Assembly: GCF_006345805.1 (NCBI RefSeq)
Contig: NC_043002.1
Coordinates: 59,892,001 to 59,956,000 of the forward strand
Direction of reading: 5' to 3'
From: Octopus sinensis
Lineage: Eukaryota
DNA length: 64,000 bases
The position numbers and the translations under genes were made by a program. Below, piece by piece: positions 36,469 to 50,461 of this stretch. Position 1 is the first letter of the stretch. Every line of letters starts with the position of its first letter. The notes beneath the pieces are model-generated. The model was given only the letters and a program-made list of their open reading frames with translations, had not been told where the DNA came from and searched no databases.

Positions 36469-37110
36469 CTTCCGACACGCCAGCACGCATCATGGTTTCT
36501 ATTTCGAAAGAGACTGTATGATATATTTCCTTAGGATTGGGGCTGGGGCTGCTTTATTCAAGTAGAAAGTCTCCACTATCCAGAAGCGTGCGACCCGCTA
36601 CCCAATAAATTTCGGTACTTAATAAAGAATTGTCGATTGTTCTCCAGGATTCATATCTCTTGCTATCACAATATCCACTCGGTAGATACTGTTTCATAGA
36701 TATATTCATTTCTACGAGTCTTCGTTCGCCTACTAGAGAGCCAACACCTGTTGAATATCGCTAATGGCATTATTCAGCAGCATTTACTCCTTATAGTCAT
36801 ATATTTATTTTAAGCAGCGTTTATTCCGAATGAGTAACCAATTTTCTTGTAGAGTGTTTTGTATAGGGTTAGCAAGCCTGTTGTATAACTGAAATTTTAC
36901 AGATCTCTGTCATTTTTGTATTCGGATATTTATGATATTTTCTTCTATAGCAGGCGGCCACAAGCTCATGTTAGTCTGTTTAATACTTCACTGAAAGCTG
37001 CTAAGGTGTATATGAGGGAATATATTACATAATAACAAAGCAATGAGATGACAGACATGGACACAACTGACTCATACACATACATACATACAATCAGATA
37101 TATACATATA

Positions 37111-37520
37111 TACTCTTTTACCCTTTTACTCTTTTATTTGTTTAAGTCATTTGACTGCGGCCACGCTGAAGCACCGCCTTTAGTCGAGCAAATCGACCCC
37201 AGGATTTATTCTTTGTAAGCCTAGTACTTATTCTATCGGTCTCTCTTGCTGAGCCGCTAAGTGACGGGGACGTAAACACACCACTATCGGTTGTCAAGTG
37301 ATTTGGGGGAGACAAACACAGACACACAAACATAAACACACACACATACAAATATATATGTATACATATATACGACAGGCTTCTTTCAGTTTCCGTCTAC
37401 CAAATCCACTCACAAGGCTTTGGCCCGAGGCTATAGCAGAAGACACTTGCCCAAGATGCTACGCAGTGGGACTGATCCCGGAACAATGTGGTTGGGAAGC
37501 AAGCTCTTTACCACACAGCC
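37111..37520 (-). mobile_element. SINE family B, most complete copy (CORE-like ACCTTGGGCAAGT motif)
   Basis: tRNA-like head (GGCTGTGTGGTAA...GTTCCGGGATCAGTCCC), CORE-like TCTTGGGCAAGTGTC, internal (TG)n, and AAAAGAGT tail repeats. Further pieces at 37773-37858 (-), 39045-39147 (+) and 41875-41965 (+). Confidence 0.9.
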
Positions 37521-39721
37521 GGGCTGTTCTATGAACACTTGTCTAGACTAGTTTCGCCTATCAGTCATAGCCTTGTCAGCAGTGACTATTCAATCGTTCG
37601 CTAGTTTATCTAAATCGAGCTGTCAACATGTATGTTTGCTATATAAATGTATGGCTGGTTCAGTGAAATGTTAATGTGTATATTGCAAATTAATACAAGC
37701 TGCTAGTCGGGATTGCTTTATATTCTGTCTACTAAATATAGTCACCAGGCTGTGGTTGGTTGGAGGATGTATTAGAAACACTTGCCCAAGGTGCCATTGT
37801 GTGAGACTGAACTCGGAACCATGTGGTTGGGAAGCAAGCTTGTTATTACACAGCCACAACCAATTTTCCTATTCCTCTGAAATTCATGTTTAAATGAGGT
37901 ATACATATAACTATATGCGCATATATAAGTGTTTGTGTGTGTGTGTGTATTTGTGTGCATGTGTGCATATGTACATACTTGTGTGTGTATGTGTGTATGC
38001 ATGTATATATGTAGATATGACTGTGTAACTGTTTATCAACATCTCTATCTACATACACAAATATGCACGTACACACACAGAGTCGTACACACAGAGACAT
38101 ACCTACACATAGAAACATACACACAAAGACACACACACACTCACGCACACACAGAAGTAGAATACTATTGTGCTGTATTTGAGCGACTAAAACCGTTCGA
38201 GTCAGCGCCATGGTGGTTGAAGTACAAGGCATGAAAAGTGTGAAAGCGTAAAAGGCTAGAAACCTTGTAATTAAATCGTATGCGATACATTCCATCCAGT
38301 CAATAACAGATAATTCTGTTAAATTAAGTGCGAATTCAAATATATTCGGCAAAGCATGAAAACTTATTTTCTAGTGGATCTCTGTCAGGTGTGCAGCGAA
38401 AAATTTTGACACCTGATTAAGGAAATTTATAGTTAAATTAAATTTCACAGGTTCATGTGTATATTGCAATGATTCTTTCATGAAGTTCTCGCTTCATTTC
38501 AGATCAGGGCTCTTGCGACACAATTGCAATGAAATGATGGCACCGACGGCATTGGGATGGTTTTGTGATTAACAGACTCACTTGTCAAACCACGTGATTT
38601 CGGGCTCCGTCCCACTGCCAGACTTCTTGACCTGCTGTCTTCTAATACAGCATCGGGCTGATGAATACTTTGTTAGCGAATCTGGTTGACAGAACCCATG
38701 TGGAGTCACGTCGCTTATACATTTTTTTTCCATTCGCACTTGTGTCGCAAGTGTCTTTGATCTCAAACGGAATCAAATACATCATTAAAAATCATTCTAA
38801 GCTTTCAATAAACACACGCACATGTAATATTCAATTTAAATGTAAATTTTCTTTATGAAGTGTCAATATTCTTCGCTGCACAGCTGACATAGTTTCCGAA
38901 GAACAAAATCTTTCCACTCCTCACGAAGTAAATTTCTACTTAATTAACAAATCTGTGTGTCATTAAATAGTTAAGAATTTATTTCCTCTGATTTAAATAC
39001 AACACTTCTATCCTTTCATACGTTTATTCTTTTATATATGTAAGTATGTGAGTGTGTCTTTGTATCTGTGTTTCTCCTCTCCAACTGCTTGACAACCGGT
39101 GTTGGTTTGTTTGCATCAGCGTAACGTTGCAGTTTGGCAGCAGAGATATACAATGCGCGTAACACAAAAGTGTGTGTATGTGTATATGCATGTATATATG
39201 TAGATATGACTGTGTATCTGTTTATCAACATCTCTACCTACATACACAAATAGACGTACAGACGTAAACGTTTTAAGTGTTGCTTTTACATGACGTACAC
39301 AGAGACGTACACACGTAAACGTTTTAAGTGTTGCTTTAACATGGCAGCAGTTCAATGACTGGATCAGTTAAAAGATTCAACAATAACAACAACAAAACAT
39401 GTCTCAAAACAAAGAGAGATTAATTAAAGATTATTTATCCAGTTGAAATACTTCTTAAGTTATCTATATATAAAAATACATGGTTATGTTACCCTGTTCA
39501 TATTCTGCCTGTACTGAGTGACACATAGACAGAAATAATAGGGTATATACACATTTATTATAATCTTACGGTTGTTTCAGATACACGTTTGGGTGCGCTC
39601 ATGGTTCAATCATATCAATCAATTAATTAATCGATTAATCGACTGAAAAGAGAAACCTATTGGAAGGAGGAAAAAGGAATCCGTTTCTTACTATTGGTTG
39701 TAATATTTGTTTAACCTTTTA

Positions 39722-39961
39722 TACAGAGTGCACAAAATGTCTCTCCGCAGTTAGATTTTTCCATCCTGCGCATCACCATGGTGCTACTTCAAGAGTTTTT
39801 CGGTGACCGGATTATTTCAAAGAGACTTTGGCCACCAAGATCATCTAATTTAACTCCGCCAGACTTTTCTTTTCCTGAGGAGCGAAGAAAGGATCAGTGT
39901 ACAAGAATCGCCCGAAAACCATTAAATACTTACTAGGCTGTGACATTTTGAACGCCCTGCA
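39722..39961 (+). mobile_element. Tc1-like deletion derivative with terminal inverted repeats
   Basis: Left end TACAGAGTGCACAAAATGTC versus reverse complement of the right end TGCAGGGCGTTCAAAATGTC; interior LQEFFGDRIISKRLWPPRSSNLTPPDF (the WPPRSPDL motif). Confidence 0.7.
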
Positions 39962-42002
39962 TTTTACTCTATTATCTCACACTAATAATAGAGATGATTA
40001 AGCTTAAAATAATTTCAAAATAATTTTTCAAAACAATTCCTTTTGTCATAAGCATATTTGATATTTGTATTTGTTGAGCGTTTTTTTTTTCGGCAAATTT
40101 ATAGATGGCTTTTGAGATTTTTAGTGGGAATCAAAATAAGTGGTGCACTACATTTACAATTCCATCATGGATATATGCTACTTAAGTGTTAAAATGGTTG
40201 TCTATTTATTACCGAATCTTATACCTAACCATATTCAACAGAGTTATTCAAATATTGATTTTTGTGTATTTGTATAATCGGAAACTTGTAAGTGATCAGC
40301 TTAAAATTCTTGGAGATTAATGCCTTTTCCATAACAGTAATGGCCAAGGTAAGGTAGAATTGTTTCAGTAAAACAGAATTGAAAATAAAGTTACGAGTTT
40401 CAATGTCCATTCGCTGACGTTTGCTAACCAAGTATTTCAAGTTTATATGAAACAAAACGTTATATTAAGTTTGCTATTATCAAACAGTCAATAACGATGA
40501 CATTAAACGGCGGTATTTAAATTGAGTCTATATCTTCAGCAATTTTGGAACTATAAAGTAAAAATCAGTAAATCGTAAAAGCGAACCTTTCCTTGAACCG
40601 TCCATAATGCCGCTTTGTCGATATTCAAGATCAATTTACATATTGAAGAAAAGACAAATACTGGAATATGACCATCTCTGTGAATAAATATGTCGTAACC
40701 TTTAGCTGCGTGAACATGGCGAAACATAAATAAGACAGTATTCAAAATATTTCAATATGAATAAGTAGCGTATTAAATGAAACATGCTTTTAATATCGTG
40801 AATAGATATTTCTTATCTCAAGAGCGACATAGTTTCTAATAGTGAATAACAATGTTGAATCAACAATAGATTGCCATTTTACAATATTTAGTGCGGTTCC
40901 CCAATGCTTCAATATGCTTTTCAGTTTATTAATTTAATAAAATAAGTGTCGAACATTTCTCAACGTGAGGAATCAATAACATATTATCAGTCAAGGATAT
41001 GCTGTTTATATATTGTCAATATTGTTTGTGCATCAATGAATTGACGTTAAACAGATCCACTAGCTGCATCCGCATTGAAGTAAATAGGCAGTTTCTTTAA
41101 TGAACTTTTTTTTATAGAATCTTGCTATTGACTTTCAGATGGAATCTGTTTTACATCAACAATATTTGAAATATTTACAATCATATAATTACTTAACATA
41201 TATAACAATAAATTACATAATATATGACCACGAATTATATAATTGCACATAATATATTAAATAATATTACACACTTTCTAATATTTATAATTTTATCATT
41301 TATAAATACAGTATGTTATTTATAAAAAAATATCACCCACTTCGTACTTTTGAAATATGTTTTTGCATCCAGAATATAAGGACTGAAGTTGTTTACTCTA
41401 ATATTTGACCTGTTATAACCACTGCTCTCACGTCATTTCTCGAAAATAATTTCCTCCTGTTTAAGCAGAGGGTCACTCCTCTTGGGAGAGCTTATTATCG
41501 ATGATATTAACTACGTAACTGATCAATACATTATCGTTTCTGAACCTTCAAATATGCTTTAACTAGATTTAAAAACTAGTCTCAAAGCATGTAAATCACT
41601 ACTACAATATATTTCGCCCGATTTTCGAACTTTTCATTAACAACTGCAAACAATATCTTTCTAGAAAATGTCTTTCTCGTATTTTAATACTTAATATTGA
41701 CATGAGCAGAGCTACATACAACACTGCATAATTTACAGTGATATTACTTCTGCACTATTACCTTGTATATTTCAATGTATTATGGGAATAATCCAGGTAT
41801 TTACACGTATCTTTGCAAGAAAGTAACATGGCGGTAAGCTGACAGCCAATCCATTTGCAATCGTAGTTATCTCCAGGAGTGGCTGTGGGGTTGGTAGCTT
41901 GCTTACCAATCACATGGTTCCGGGTTAAGTCCCACTGCGTGGCACCTTGGGCAACTGCCTTTTAGAAATCCTTCTCATAGATTCTTAGTTAGAAATCGTT
42001 AG

Positions 42003-42200
42003 GAATCGTTAGTGCGCCGGACGAAATGCTTAGCTGCATTTCGCCCGTCGCCACATTCGGAGTTCATATCGCGCTGAGGTCGACTTTGCCTTATATCATT
42101 TCGTGGCCGATTAAATAAGCACCAGTTACGCATTGTGGTGGACGTAATCGACTTATTCCTCTCCCCCAAGCTGTCCGGGTGGCAAAAATTTGAAATCATT
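42003..42200 (+). mobile_element. SINE family A
   Basis: GCGCCGGACGAAATGCTTAG...GAGGTCGACTTTGCC...GTAATCGACTTA. Confidence 0.75.
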
Positions 42201-42804
42201 TATGTATTTATAGCTGAGTAACACGGAATGATGTGAATTGAAGCTGTTTCGATCATGAACATAACGCACTGCTCTGTCCTACCATCGTAACTACGACTTT
42301 GCGCTATCGAGTGCGGCACTCTAAGCACAAGAGCACGCGCCTTCATGATCAAATAATTAGTAACTTTTATTAATTTCGAATGATAATCAGAAACAAGAGA
42401 CTATCACATAAGCCGACATTTACTGCTGTTTTCACATCTCTACACGACAAAATTTGCCAAAACGTTCAGTTAACTTTTTCAGAAATTATTTACGTTAAGC
42501 TATTCAGTAATCGCCATATCTGTGTGAGGATTTAGGATGCAAATATTAATATATAGATGTTCCAATCCATTTCTTTAAATGGAAACAATTTCTGTATGAG
42601 CAAATTGAAATATTTTACGACATATTCTAATACCACAAGGATTCAATAAAAAAAATGTTTCTTTGATTCGCTGCTATTCTAATAATTTCCAGAGCTATTA
42701 AACTTACGTGGTGCTTCAAATAACAGTTAAAAATTCCTATTAAAACATATATGCTGGCATGTCAAATTCGTTTACGAATATATATCTATATATCAATACA
42801 AATG

Positions 42805-42865
<61 letters not shown>

Positions 42866-43158
42866 TATATGTATATGAATATATATATGTATATGTATAT
42901 ATATATATAAATACATATATGAATGTATATATATATAAATGTATATATATATATATGTATATATGTATATATATCTACTTATATACACATGCAGTGTGTG
43001 TGTACGTGTGTGTATGTGTGTGCATATGTGTGTATGCATGTCTGTACATACGTATATGTATATTTATGCATAAAAATATACATATACATCTAAAAATTTA
43101 TGCAGATATATATGTATGTCTTTGTATTGTATATGTATATACATACATACACACACAC

Positions 43159-43193
<35 letters not shown>

Positions 43194-43249
43194 AATATAT
43201 GCATATATATATATGTGTATATATATGTATACATATATGTATATATATA

Positions 43250-43328
<79 letters not shown>

Positions 43329-44853
43329 CATACGTACACGCATACATACATAGAGGCATACAGACGTACACACACGCTGGCTCACACGCACAAATTCATG
43401 CACGGACGCACGCACATGCACATATGCATGTAGATATGTGTTCTATGTGGGCTACATTGTATGCATAGATAATAAAATTAATAATAATAAAAGCAATGAT
43501 GAAAACAACAACAACAACAACAACACCAGTAATGTTCATAACGAAAATTATATTTACGTAGATTTGACCGAATATTTTTCAATCTCTCTAACTTTACCCA
43601 ACATATTTCAACATAAACGCGTTAAGCTTTGAAAAACCCAATTGCCCAAACATCGTAGTAGGCGTTCATAAGATTCTGAATGTGTCCTTGTGTGGATGCA
43701 TAATATTTCGATTGCTTCTGTCTAAGCGGATGTGTTGAATATAATCTAAAAATAACATCTCAGATGATATTTCCGTCACATTTCCATGAAAATCTGCCGA
43801 GAGAATATTCCAAATCATTTCAGTATCAACAAATAATTCTCTATGTGTGTGTGTGCGCGCACGCTCACCTGTGGACATATGTCAGTGTGGGTTTGAATGT
43901 TAGCTTGTTGTTTATGTGGCTGACAGTATGTGTGTTTGCGTGTGTGTTTCTGTGGCTGTGCGTGGGTGCGAACGTGTGTGAATTCGTGTATATGCATATG
44001 TGTGCGTTTGGATGTGTTTGTGTTTTCAAGCGTGTGCATGCAGGGCGGGGAGAGGAAGGGCAAATGGTTTAATGCTTAAAGGCTTAACTGAATTTTGCAC
44101 CAAAAGAGCAATAAATCTTCAGGGAATTTATTTTGGAAGCGTTCTCCTTCCAGCGATGCTATGAGCTCTTACACTGTTAGCCAAAAAATCAGTGATGCTG
44201 ATGTCTTAAATATCGTAAACAATCGGGTCGGATGTGTGTTCTTGAAACCAACATGAAAGAAATGTATAGAATCAAACTCCACCTTCTCCTCATGAGGCCC
44301 CTCCGTCTCTAATGACCTTTAGCCAAACAAACGCAAGAAGGGCACCGTTCTAACTTACAAAGTCTAATGCTTATTGCGCGAAAGTATCGCTGGTGATCTA
44401 GTAAGCATTTGCAAATAAAATATACTGCACAGTTCGATCTGTACAAGTGATATACTGAGATGGCAAGTACGTGGTATTATCTACTTCTTGATATATGCGT
44501 GATATTTATCAAGTGTCACCAAACCACATGTCTGTCAATACGGTTGTTATTGGTTCCATCCTCCCTGCTCTCCCTGACACTGTCGTTGATGATGTCCACA
44601 GTGCGAGTGTATTAGCCTAATGCAGCAGCTGTTGCTTTTCACAGATGCGATTCGGCACAAAATCGGGTTTCGTGACACCTCCGTCTTACAAGATCACGTC
44701 TAATTCATCAATATCCAGACAAGAATTATTTCTGTTCAGGTGCTATAGAGTTTGAATTATATTCAACCCGACACATGATGAAAGAAGCACGCTATCTGCA
44801 TGCATACATGCAGAGATACAAGCATATGCACATATACATACACACACACACAC

Positions 44854-44905
<52 letters not shown>

Positions 44906-45221
44906 ACATGCACATACATACATACGTACATATATCATGCATAAATACATACATTCATACATACATACATACATAGAAAAATACGCAGTTGATTTTGAAA
45001 TTCCACTGAAAGCAGCTTGGATCTAGGTTAGAAACTGGCTCTTTATTGGCAAGAAATCTTGAAATATAAAACTGAATAATGACATATATTAATACATACA
45101 TACATACGTACGTACGTACATACATACATACATACATACATACATACATACATACATACATACATACATACATGCATGCATACATACATACATACAACAT
45201 ACATACATACATACATACACA

Positions 45222-45252
<31 letters not shown>

Positions 45253-45894
45253 GTACATATCTCTTTAATGAGATGGAAGATGGAAGACACGAGAGTTTTA
45301 TTAATCACTGCAATTGTCTCTTCGAGTGATAAATAGATATAACTTGTTAAAGTAGCAGTTCTGCAGGGTATCTTCTGATTTCATGTGAAGAAAAGCAGCA
45401 AATTAAAAGATATAGCTTCATTTATAAAGAAAATCAATACTAAAATAAAACATGTAAAAAAGAAACCAACACGCAATACGGCAAAAAAAAATTAAGTATA
45501 ACCTATAACGATATGGCTGACTAAATGTCGCCGCCGCGTAGCTTCCATGGCGCATGTACATCCGCTCATACAAACAGTCACAAAGATGTAAGCATACGTA
45601 CAGGTGTGGTTTGGCGCATATACGTTCAGATGGCGAGTTAAATAGCTGGGTGTTTATAAGAAAGGGGAGGTTAAAGCTAAATTTAGTTATTTCGTACCTT
45701 AAGTTATGGATGTATTACGTTAACAGTTACTCAAATTTATTCCCACTGCATTGAGCGAAAGTGTTTCTATACGCATGTAAGCATCTTGAGAGTTTTTCAA
45801 TAATTCTCTTAATGATATCACCAAAATAGACAATGATTCCTCGTATGGAAAGAATGTTATGTGGTTTTGCTTACCTAACTATGGATCAAGTTAT

Positions 45895-46070
45895 TTTATT
45901 TACATTATCTACATTTGACGGACATTTGTCCCCATCTTGTTTGTTGTTAACACAATGTTTCGGTTGATATACGCTCCAGCCTTCATCAGGGGTCTTGGGG
46001 GAAATTTCGAACCTGGGTTCTCATTCCTAAGGTATTTTTCGATGTTGTTGTTGTTATTATTATTATTATG

Positions 46071-46129
<59 letters not shown>

Positions 46130-46370
46130 TATTATTATTCTCTGCCAAGAATTCACAACGACCCAGAACCTACAAGAGATAGAGACAGGCAGAAACAAGG
46201 AAAATGCCCCTTGTATTTGAATACTACGCAAATATTATTTTTTTTAAAAATTCATTTAAATTTTTCAAAATTAATTGTTTTCCATACTTATAGTTGAAAA
46301 AGTCTCAATGACCGAAACCGGTACTGAACTATTTTTTATAAAATTATTTTAGCAAGTTTTACCTTCCTTC
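45895..46370. mobile_element. Head-to-head family 1 tail (-, 45895-46044) and family 2 tail (+, 46140-46370) separated by (TTA)n
   Basis: Family 1 hammerhead 45951-45993 (-): CUGAUGA-A-GGCUG...CAACC-GAAACAUU-GUG. Family 2 motif 46291-46326 (+): AG-UUGAAAA-AGUCUCAAUGACC-GAAACCGGUA-CU. Confidence 0.8.
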
Positions 46371-46499
46371 TTCTTATTGCGTTATTGCACGATCGTATAA
46401 TCTTGGTGATTTGTAGTCTGTATATACAACTAAGTTTTTCTCGGAGGTTATTCTATTTTCGAAAATATTGATTTCAAGTTTTGACAGAAGGCTAGATAT

Positions 46500-47090
46500 T
46501 TAGGGAGGGGAGGTGCTCAGCTGGTGCTTATTTTATGGTCCCAGAAAACGGAAAGATAAAGTTATGCTCGACGGAATTTGAACTCAGGTCTCAAAGATAA
46601 ATCAATCAATGCTAACTATTCTTCCCGTCGTGCTAACAAGTCTGTCAGCTCGCCGCCTTTCAATCCCCAAATATTGCTTTCAATATTAACCAGAAGGACC
46701 AGCAATGTCGTGGGCTGCGGTATGTCGATTGCGACGATCCCAGAGCTCAGTTATTGATCCCGAATCGATGAAAAGGAATGTCGACCTGGGCGGAATTTGA
46801 ACTCAGGTCATTATTGCGGACGAAATGCCGTTAAGCATTTTGCCCGGCGTTGCTAACGAATCTGCCAACTCACAACCATTTATATAACCAGATGTTAATT
46901 CGAAACGTTGGGGGAGAGGAATAAATCGATTGCATCGACCGCCATTGTTAAACTGGTACTTATTTTATCGAAACTGAAATGATAAAAGGCAAAGTCGACC
47001 TCAGCCGAATTTGAACCCAGGTTACAAAGACCGACGAAATGATGTTAAACATTTCCACCCGCGTGTTAACGATTCTGCCACCTCGATGCC
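46500..47090 (-). mobile_element. Three tandem degenerate SINE family A copies
   Basis: GAATTTGAAC(T/C)CAGGT recurs at ~46575, ~46795 and ~47008, each followed by a GC-rich head remnant. Confidence 0.75.
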
Positions 47091-47699
47091 TTTTATGATC
47101 AAAACATTAAAAGCAAATCATAGTAATGGAGCCAACGTATGAGTCGTTCGACAGGTTCCTACTTGATAGATCTCGGCGCGATTGCTGAAATCCATTGCAA
47201 GCAAGTGTTTCCTCTGTTCTTAATGTCCGTTGCAAAATTGCAATTTTACAGTTGCCTCTGAAAAATCGCATTACACAAATGTATATACTAACAGTGATGA
47301 GACGACGGAAAGTTTGCAGTCATTGGAAAATTGTGCATCTATGTGTAAACTATATATACGGATATATAGACATGGGGATTATAAAGACGTTTAAGGTCAG
47401 ATGTCTCGATTTATTTCAGAAATGTTATCCATGCTATGTTGAATAATTTGGCTTGTTTGATAATCTGTAATTCAACGTTATAGATTACACGTTATAAAGT
47501 GAAAATTGATTTTAGTATTACATTCAGCCAGAGTAAATACGGAAGAGATTACGAAATAGAAATTTGTAATCTCGCTACCCGCTGATTCCATGCCTGCCCG
47601 CCACCCCCTGTACGACTACCTCTAGTGATATTGATGAAGTGGATGCTGCTGTTGGTGTTACCGCTACAGATGCGGCTGTGAGTTGCTACTGATGTTATT

Positions 47700-48887
47700 A
47701 CTACTACTATGATGATGGCGATAGTGGGAGCGTGTGAACGTTAATGGCGCTGCTGTTGTTGGTGTTATTATTGAAGCTGATCTTGACAATGATATTGATG
47801 ATAATGATAATGATGATGATGAACATGATGGCGGCAGTTTCTTGTTATTGTTGGTAGTGATGGTAGTGGTGGTGATGATAATGATGATGATGATGAGAAG
47901 GATAAGGATGGTGGTGGTCGTGGTGATGGTGGTGGTCGTGGTGATGGTGGCGGTCGTGGTGATGGTGGTGGTGAAGAACGGACGTTTGTTGATTAGTGGT
48001 GACGGTGATGACGATGCTTATAAGGAAGATTAACAAGTTGATGAGGAGGATGGCGATGATAATGAAGGTGATAATGGTATTAATAGTGACAGCAGCGGGG
48101 GTGGTGATGCTAATAATGTCGTTAGAGGTGGTGCTGTTGATGCTGATGACAATGATGACGATGATGTTGGTAACAATGACGATGAAGACCTTGGTGAAGA
48201 TGATCATTATTGAGGAAATGACCATAATGATGATGAAAATGATGTTGGTGGTGGTGAACGCGGCGGTGGTAGTGGTAGTGGTGCGGGTGATGATGATGAT
48301 GATGATGTACATAATGATGATTATGAAAGTGGTGGTGATGATGATGATGACGACGACGATGATCATGATGACGGCGGTGAAGATGATGATGATGAGGAGG
48401 AGGATGGGGAAGGATAATGGAGGTGGTGTTGATGGTTGCGATGATGACGATAAGGATGATGTAGCGTTGGCGGAGCCTTTGGTTGTCACTAATGCAGTTA
48501 TGACGATAACATTGATTATGATCACGATGATAACGATGATGATGACGATGATGTCAATGATACTGGATGATGATGATGATGATGATGATGATAGTGATGA
48601 TGAGGAACATGATAATGACGGTGATGATGATGACGATGATGATGATGATAATGATGACGAAGATTATGTTGAGGAGGATAATAATTATGACGATGATGAC
48701 GATGTTGATGGTGATGAAGATGATGATGATGTTGAAGACGATGAGTATGACGATGATAATATCGACAATGATGACGACGATGATTATGCTGATAATGATG
48801 ATGACGATGATATTGATGAGGAAAATGATGATGACGATGATAATGATGACGAAGATGATGAAGATGATGTGGAGGAGGATGATGACA

Positions 48888-48930
<43 letters not shown>

Positions 48931-49125
48931 TGATGATGATGATGAAGATCATGATAATGATGATGATGACGATGATGGCAATGATGTGGAAGAGGATGAT
49001 GACAACGGCGATAATCATGATGATGATGATGATGATGGTGATGCAGATCATGATAATGATGATGACGACGATGATGGCGATGATGATGAGGAGGAGGAGG
49101 ACGACGACGACGACAACGACGACGC
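47700..49125. repeat. Cryptic (GAT/GAC/GGT)n trinucleotide low-complexity tract
   Basis: Dominated by GAT-related triplets; source of the poly-D/M/T/I ORFs 47734-49316. Confidence 0.9.
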
Positions 49126-49529
49126 CTGACATTAGATCAAGTTATTCATTTGTGCAATATTGCAATATGCACGCTGTTTTAATATTCCTGAATCGTCAGG
49201 TCATTCTGTGCATCCATCCTGCCATGGAACAAACACCTAAAGGTTGCACAATGTTTCAACGTTTCAATCAATTTCCTAACAGAAAGCAACGACTTTTATC
49301 GCAACTCTTTGCCTGACTTGTTTACTGTAATTTAATGTGTGAAATTCGCAGAAACACCATTGCACCCGTTCCTACATCCAAAGCTTTATCTCTCCTCCTT
49401 CACTTGAACCCCCAACCACCACCTTCCTTTTCTTTTTCCTTTATGAAAGTTTACAATGAGGCATTAATTTCGTAGTTGCTGTCGTCATTCGGTTCTGTTC
49501 TTGCCTTTGCTATTGTTGTGGCTGCTTTC

Positions 49530-49701
49530 ATCATGATCATCATGATCATGATCATCATCATCATAATCATCAGGATCATCATAATTATCATAACCACAAC
49601 AACCACCACCACCCCCATCATCATCATCATCACCATCGTTATTATCACCATCATCAACATCATCATCATCAACATCACCACCACCACCTTCAATATCGTC
49701 G

Positions 49702-49737
<36 letters not shown>

Positions 49738-49830
49738 CCATCATCATCACCATCGCCATCACCATCGTCGTCATCATCGTCATCGTCACCGTCATTGTGT
49801 TCGCCGTTGTCATAATTGTTGTAGCTGTTG
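49530..49830. repeat. Cryptic (CAT/CAC)n tract, opposite orientation to 47700-49125
   Basis: ATC/ACC triplets on the + strand. Confidence 0.9.
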
Positions 49831-49844
49831 TTATTATTGTTCTT

Positions 49845-50461
49845 ATTCTGAAAGTCTCTCAGATAGTTCTTAATTACCGTTTAATCTTTACATGAAAGTA
49901 AGCAATAACAAATCACCAAAGGCTTCAAGTACTGCCTTCTCCTGTGACTCAAAGAGACAATACTCTCCTTAGAATGCGAGCTGTACCCAACAATGCTCTT
50001 TCCTTGATCATCTGGAGACTTAATGTTTTTCAAAGCCCTTAGAAACTGCTCCTAATGCATCAGTTACCACCGGTTTTACCATTAACTTCCTAGTGCGCCA
50101 CAACTTTCCTATCTCGTCTCGCAGTGGCTGGTATTTCTCACTCTTTTTTGTCTCCCTACATCTCACCCTTGGGTCGCCTGGTATTGCAACATCTATTATC
50201 TGTACTTCGTTTTCATATTTATGAATGATCACGATATCTGGTCGCCTCGCCTTTATGACTTGATCGCACTGCATAGTAAAATCCCCGAGTATTTTTTAAC
50301 GTTCGTTTTCCATTACTCCCTCTGGCTTGTGTTCATATCATTGTTCGGCTCCCTCGTGGTTTGCTCTACCGCACAAAAGCCAGTGGACATATCTGGCCAC
50401 ATTGTCGTGTCTCCTTTCGTATTCGCGTTGTGCTAACTTACAGCACTCACTAACAATATGG
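49845..50461 (-). mobile_element. 5'-truncated R4/Dong-clade LINE (subfamily 4), degenerate
   Basis: HIVSECCKLAQREYERRHDNVARYVHW...ARRPDIVII..IIDVAIP..KY..L; stops and frameshifts; AAT/AAC tail. Confidence 0.85.

Noticed and set aside
44655-44715. UUGAUGA...GUCAC-GAAAC on the minus strand
   Set aside because: Stem II does not abut the core and there is no stem I or UH site.
47734-49895. Long poly-D/M/T/I/H ORFs up to 377 aa (also 59352-60151)
   Set aside because: GAT-type triplets lack stops in most frames; overlapping ORFs occur in nearly all frames, with no domain or splice signal.
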